A stretch of 63,638 bases of DNA, filler included, from Ministeria vibrans ATCC 50519 (taxonomy: Eukaryota; Protista; Filasterea): assembly GCA_943704425.1 (NCBI GenBank). It is 6 parts of 6 records of this genome, joined end to end, with 100 filler letters (N's around TTAATTAATTAA, not from the genome) between each part and the next. Parts side by side here need not be neighbours in the genome. Positions count along the whole stretch, not along the records: positions 41,827 to 63,638 come from CALSCP010002235.1; 5 more parts are not named here. One strand, given 5' to 3'. Shown one piece after another: positions 58,372 through 63,638 of this stretch (position 1 is the stretch's first letter; every line of letters begins with the position of its first letter). The position numbers were made by a program, and so were the translations under genes. Below the pieces are notes generated by a model. It saw nothing but the letters and a program-made list of their open reading frames with translations, made no database searches and was not told where the DNA came from.

Positions 58372-60230
58372 TCGCGCATCGCCTCCCTTTCTCGCTACTT
58401 TTTAGCTCCAAGGTATGTAGCTTTACTCCACACGCCCTGCTGCTGCCCCAATCGTGCTCACATCCTCTTGATTCTGTGTGCAGGAATCGTTTTTGGATCA
58501 GAGCCGTCAGATTATGAACAAATTGGCATCCTCAGAGCGCCACATCCGCGATCTGCTGGAGTCTTCACGGTACCTCGACCTACACGTTTGCCTTCATCCC
58601 CTAGCCGTTCGCCTACACCCACTCACCCATATTTTGATTCTCTCTCTCTCTCTTTTTTTTTTTNNNNNNNNNNTTTTTTTTGTCTTTTGCACTTTTTTTC
58701 TCCTTGTAACAATCTTTCCTCATCGCTCAGCGACAACTCGCATCGAGACAGCCGTGACTTTGACCGGTAAGCATCCCGCGCCCACTCTGCACGCGTGCTG
58801 CCCCCGTCTCCACGCGCACCGTGACTCACTCCTTCGCTTCCGTGTGCAGACTGTCGCTGTCGCAGCTGTCAACCACTGCTTCGCCGGCGACTCTCGACGC
58901 TGTCGGTGAGCGATTGAGGCGCTCGGCCGGTCTGCAAGCGGACACGTCAACGACTCTCTCCGATGAGCTCGATAGAATTCGTCGACAACACAAAGTAGAG
59001 CTTGATCGTCTGCTTGACGAGCTGCGTAGCCGTGACCACGAACTCGAAGGCCTCACACGCGAACACCGTTTGATGGCAGCCGCTCGCGACGCAGACGCCA
59101 AACGTGTCGGTGACCTTGAGCGACGTGTGGCCAAGGGCGAAGAGCGCGTGGCAGGTCTTCAAGCCGAGCTTGCTGCCTCACACGAGCGCGAGCGTGCCGC
59201 TGTGTTGCGCGTCGAGAATGCGACACAAAAGGAACGCGACCTGTTGAGTCGAGTGCGCGAGTGCGAGCGCACCAGCGAGTCCATTATTGAACGGCTGCGC
59301 AGTGCCGAAAGCGCTCGTCGTGCCGCGCTCGTCGAGGTTGAAACACACAAGAAGGCGGCGGCGGACGCGTCAACACAAGCCGACGAGCTGGAGCGACGTT
59401 TGCGTCTTGCCGAGGTCGCCGTGGGCGATCGCGATGCCGATGTGCGCTCTGCCAACCGCGTGGTGGCCGAGGCACAAACCGCATTGCAAGCGTCCGAACA
59501 ACAGTTGCATGATATTCGTGACCGGTGTGCGCGTGCCGAGCGCGCCGCAGCCGAGTGGCACGAACGCGCCTCGCTCGGCGACAATGAGGTCGCCAAATTG
59601 CGCGAAAGTGGGCGCGTGACCGAGGAGGAGAGCCAACGCAACGCCACCGTTTGTACAATGCTTGAGAAACAGGTCGCTGAGGTGAACGAGGTGTGCGCTC
59701 GCCTCAGACGCGAGTTGTCCGCTGCCATTGAGCGAGACGAGCGTCGCGAACAGTTGCTCAGCCTGCAGCGTACGCGACAGGAACGAACAGACTCGGAACT
59801 GGCGCGTCTGCGCGAGGTTGTTGCCACCCATGGTACCGGTGGTGTCTCCCCAACCGAATCACCCGTGAATCATCGTCCACCCCAACATACTCCCAACCAG
59901 TCGAACCGCTCCCCCGTGTCCACCTCCGAGTTTGCATCGCCCTCTCGCTCTGCAGCACCTCCGCCTCCTTCTTCGTCGTCGACTCCAACTGCGCGCTGGC
60001 ACAAGGTCGAGAGCATCACCGAACAGTTGCGTCACAAACTAGACTTGGTCCTTGGCGGAGACACCGAGACGTCGAGCGAGGCACGCCACCCCAGCCATCG
60101 CAGTGCACGTCAGTCTGCCTTTGAGCAGCGCCAGGAACGTGCTGCCGAAGACAACACCGCCTTCACCGACCCTTCCATCCACTTTCGCTCACATCACAGT
60201 AACGAGAATAGTCCGCCGCCCTCGCCGACG

Positions 60231-60262
<32 letters not shown>

Positions 60263-61787
60263 TGACCACATTGACGGCAAGAATGGTCAGGCACTGCAGC
60301 ACCACCATCATCAGCCACCACCACCACCACCACAACAACAACAACGACAACAACAGCATCAGCATCAGCAGCAACAACAACAACAGCGTCGACTTCCGCG
60401 TACCTCGTCGCCCGTGCCACACTCGAAACGATCGCCCACGGCGCCTCCTTTGGCACCGCGTCCCGCCTCTATTGTGTCGTGGCGCGACGAACAACCGTCC
60501 CCGAATATTGCTCCATTTTCCTCATCGGCGGGGGCCGGATCAGACGATGGACATGTGCACTTTGAGGACGAAATTTCCGCCGGCTCGTCCGCATCCGTTT
60601 CTGTCGGCGCCCGACATCCGCTTGGCGATGTTGAGATGCACTCAGAGATGCTGCGCCATCGTCGTCGTTCGGCGTCCACGGGCAGCGAGACCCCGCCCCC
60701 GTCGCACGCCGGTATCCAGCCAGTGGGCGTTCACCATCCCCTCGACGAACTCGAGTTGCAGCACTCGCAATACCGTCAGCGTGTGCCTACCAATGAACAT
60801 CGCGAAGTCAAGTTTGAGGACGAACTTCCGCCGCCGTCCGACGACGACCTACCCTCCGTGGCCATGCTCAAGCCTGCAAATCCTACGGTGCATTTCCACG
60901 ACGAACTCAAGGCAAAGGGCTCGGGCGTCGCTCAGCGCGGCCTTGCCGTCGACGAGATGGAGAAGCCTACACGGCCTCGCCGCCCCTCCCTTTCCGAACT
61001 CGACGTGGCACCACCCCAGCCGCACTCGGGCGTCCAACCGGTCGGCGTGCACCATCCACTTGACGAACTCGAGCTGCAACAGGGCCACTATCGCCACTTG
61101 CAGAGTGTGCCGTCCAACGAACATCGTGAGGTGAAGTTTGAAGATGAAGTTTCACCAGCAGACTTGTCTTTGCCTCCGGCCGGTGCTGTGCTGCGTCCCG
61201 CCAATCCTTCGGTGAGTTTCCGTGACGAACGCGTGGCCGACGCCCAGCGCACCATTGCCGTCGATGAAATCGAGCAGCCACGCGCCACTCGTCGTCGCTC
61301 AGCATCCGAAGGGTTCGCCAAGGACGAGTTGGAGCGATTGCAACAGGATCAACTGCAAGGCCAAGTGCGTACATTTGTGCCCACACCGCTCAAGCGTGAT
61401 GTCACCTTTGAGGATGAACTGCCTCCGCCACCGTCTGACTCAGCCTTGGTCGCCAAGCCACTCAATCCCTCCGTGCACTTTGTCGATGAGGCAGTCCCAC
61501 GCGCCGAAGAGCAACAGGCATCGGCGCACCAGTACCACCACGAGCAGCAACAGCAGCATCATCAACAGCAGCAGCAGCAGCAGCCACAACACACGGCACC
61601 GCCCTTTCAACAATATTTCGAGCAACAGCAACATTACCAACAACAACCGCTGTCGCCCCAGCACGCAAGATCCGACGGCGGCGCCCCGCGCAGTCAATCA
61701 CGCTCACCTCCACCCTCTTCAACATCCGAACCGACCGTTTTTCGATGGGGTGAGTCACCCACCACTGGCTCCGATAGTATTTTTTAA
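58132..61787 (+). CDS. Coiled-coil protein with Q/D-rich linker and about 105-aa C-terminal repeats, 5' exons uncertain
   Basis: 988-aa ORF plus small upstream exons; long heptad region; repeated QPVGVHHPLDELELQ...NEHREVKFEDE...PANPxVxFxDE. Confidence 0.75.
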
Positions 61788-61904
61788 ACAAAAGACGTAT
61801 TTGTTTTCTTCTGTTCGTTCATCTCGGAAATACCATCCCAAGAAACATGAAAGGAATAATATAATCATAAAAATATATATTTTTTTCGTTTGAAGGGAAG
61901 GGGG

Positions 61905-61978
61905 TTAATGGTGTATAAGAAAGATGTATTAATGGTGTATAAGAAAGATGTATTAATGGTGTATAAGAAAGATGTATT
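61905..61978. repeat. 24-25 bp tandem repeat x3 between convergent 3' ends
   Basis: ttaatggtgtataagaaagatgta repeated. Confidence 0.9.
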
Positions 61979-61993
61979 GGTAGAACAATAATT

Positions 61994-63602
61994 TTAAAGC
62001 TGACCAGCGTCGGCGTACTCCTTGCTGCCGAGCGAGTAGAAGTCCTCGAGGGTGTACTGCAGGTACTCGAACGTCGGTCGGCTCTCGGGCTCGGCGTGCC
62101 AGCACTCGATCATAAGGGCGTACAGGCGCGCATCGCAGTTGTGTGCTAAATAATTTCCCAACGTCAGAAGTCGAACCCTAACCCTCGCCAAGCAACAAAA
62201 ATCAAATAAACAACAGCGACTTACGTTTCGGCATACGGTAGCCCTTTTCAACTTGAGCAAGAACCTCGGCATTGGTCATGGAGGGGTAAGGCAAGCGACC
62301 AAAGGTGACAAGCTCGGTGAGAAGAATGCCAAAGGACCAGACGTCACTCTTGGTAGAGAAGCGACTGTACAGGGCCGCCTCGGGTGCCGTCCACTTGATG
62401 GGAAATTTGGAGCCCTCGCGTGCAGTGTACGCACCGTCGTTCTTTGTGATGATTCTGGCAAGTCCAAAGTCGGCAACCTTGCACACGTTGTTATCGCCAA
62501 CAAGAACATTGCGCGCCGCCAGATCACGATGAACAAACTTGTGCTTCTCCAGAAAAGCCATCCCACTCGCAATTTGTGCCCCCATGTCCACCAGCACAGG
62601 CATTCTCACGCCCGTGTTCTCCTGCAGGTAGTCCAACAGGCATCCTGGGCGCAAAAAAAAAGAGCAGGCAAGGTGAGAAGAAAAGAAGATGGTGGCAAAA
62701 AAAATAATATGAAATACAACGTATTAAAAGCGAACAAGAACAGATTAGGCGTGTAACAACAAGAGCAAACAAAAAAAAAGGTACCGTTGACCATGAGTTC
62801 AGTGACAATGTAAATGGGCTCCATGTCAGTGCACACGGCGTAGAGCTGCAGCAGTTTGCTGTGTCGCAATGTCTTGAGAATGGCAGCTTCGCTGAGGAAC
62901 TCTTCCTTGCCCATGCTGCCTGGCTTGAGTGTTTTGATCGCGACTCGCGTAGTACCGTTCCATAGTCCTTCCCACACCTACACAACAAGAAATGCACAAA
63001 AAAAATGTTAAACAATGAAAAGGAAACGTTGACGACAAAAAAATGATGTACCTCGCCAAACTGTCCTGCACCAAGTCGCCTGACGAGCTCAACACTCTGT
63101 CGGGGAATCTCCCATTTGTCTCTGAGGTCGAGTGAGAGTCCGTTGGTCTCAGGCAAGTCCATGGGCGGTGCTGCGTACAGCAAACACGAACAGAGCCCAT
63201 CCGAGTTGGCACTGTAAAACTAGTTACAAAGGAAAAAAAGGAAGGAAAAAAAGGAAGCGTTAAAAAGAATACAGAAAAGAAGAAGAAGAAAAATTATACT
63301 TTGACGAGCTCTTCAAGGGATGTAAATGTAGCACGGCTGGTGATGTAGTAGCCGCCGTCGTCGAGTTTGCGGATCCGGTAATGCTTTACAATCTCTCCGT
63401 TGGACAGCGACAGAGAAAAATCATCCGGTCGACTATGAATTAAAAGACGAATCATTGTCAGCCTGACACAGCTCAATCGTCAAGTTGGTGTCCAGGACGT
63501 ACCTTTCGCTCTCGCGAATTAAGAAATGTCCTTCTTCTTTGTTTTTCGGATCAGACAACACCTTCTCTGCTTTGTTGCGCGAAATCTTCCCGTGAAACCA
63601 AC
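61994..63602 (-). CDS. Src-family (Frk/Src42A-like) tyrosine kinase, 5' end outside the window
   Basis: SH2 WFHGKI...FLIRESE...KHYRIR; kinase [33 protein letters not shown]; C-terminal tail KEYADAGQL. Confidence 0.95.
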
Positions 63603-63638
63603 TGCAAAGTACGAGAGAGAGGGGGGGGGGGGGGGGGG

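Noticed and set aside
62172-62186. AACCCTAACCCT in a Src intron
   Set aside because: Only two units; too short to call an interstitial telomere or regulatory site.

Overview
This is compact, intron-rich eukaryotic DNA, most likely from a unicellular holozoan such as a choanoflagellate. The evidence is a Src/Frk-type tyrosine kinase with SH2 domain and C-terminal regulatory Tyr, myosin-I, a CCDC180-like ciliary protein, Cys-rich GCC2/GCC3-type repeats and a TTAGGG telomere. Five artificial 100-nt linkers (N44-TTAATTAATTAA-N44) split the window into six contigs, so adjacency across them is unproven. Most genes are housekeeping: HAUS6, BRPF, eIF6, PP2C, CK2beta, Spt4, CCDC180, UBL4A-like, ACADSB, myosin-I, USP20/33, FAM72, PMS2, EMC4, a class V PLP lyase, APC15-like, MRPL9 and Src. 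The standout is a ~6.8-kb block (42044-48877) just inside a (CCCTAA)n tract and bounded by a perfect 11-bp inverted repeat. It holds the 3' half of a PIF/Harbinger-type DDE transposase facing a Myb/trihelix-like partner gene. Where the transposase 5' half should be there is foreign-looking cargo: an intact spliced DUF3825 + cold-shock-domain gene, a DUF4326 fragment and two intronless ORFs that share their stop codons. I read this as a candidate cargo-carrying subtelomeric Harbinger element. A second novelty is a WD40-UIM protein that splices into two degenerate E2F7/8-like winged helices lacking the RRxYD motif. All family calls come from motif recognition by eye; no database searches were run.
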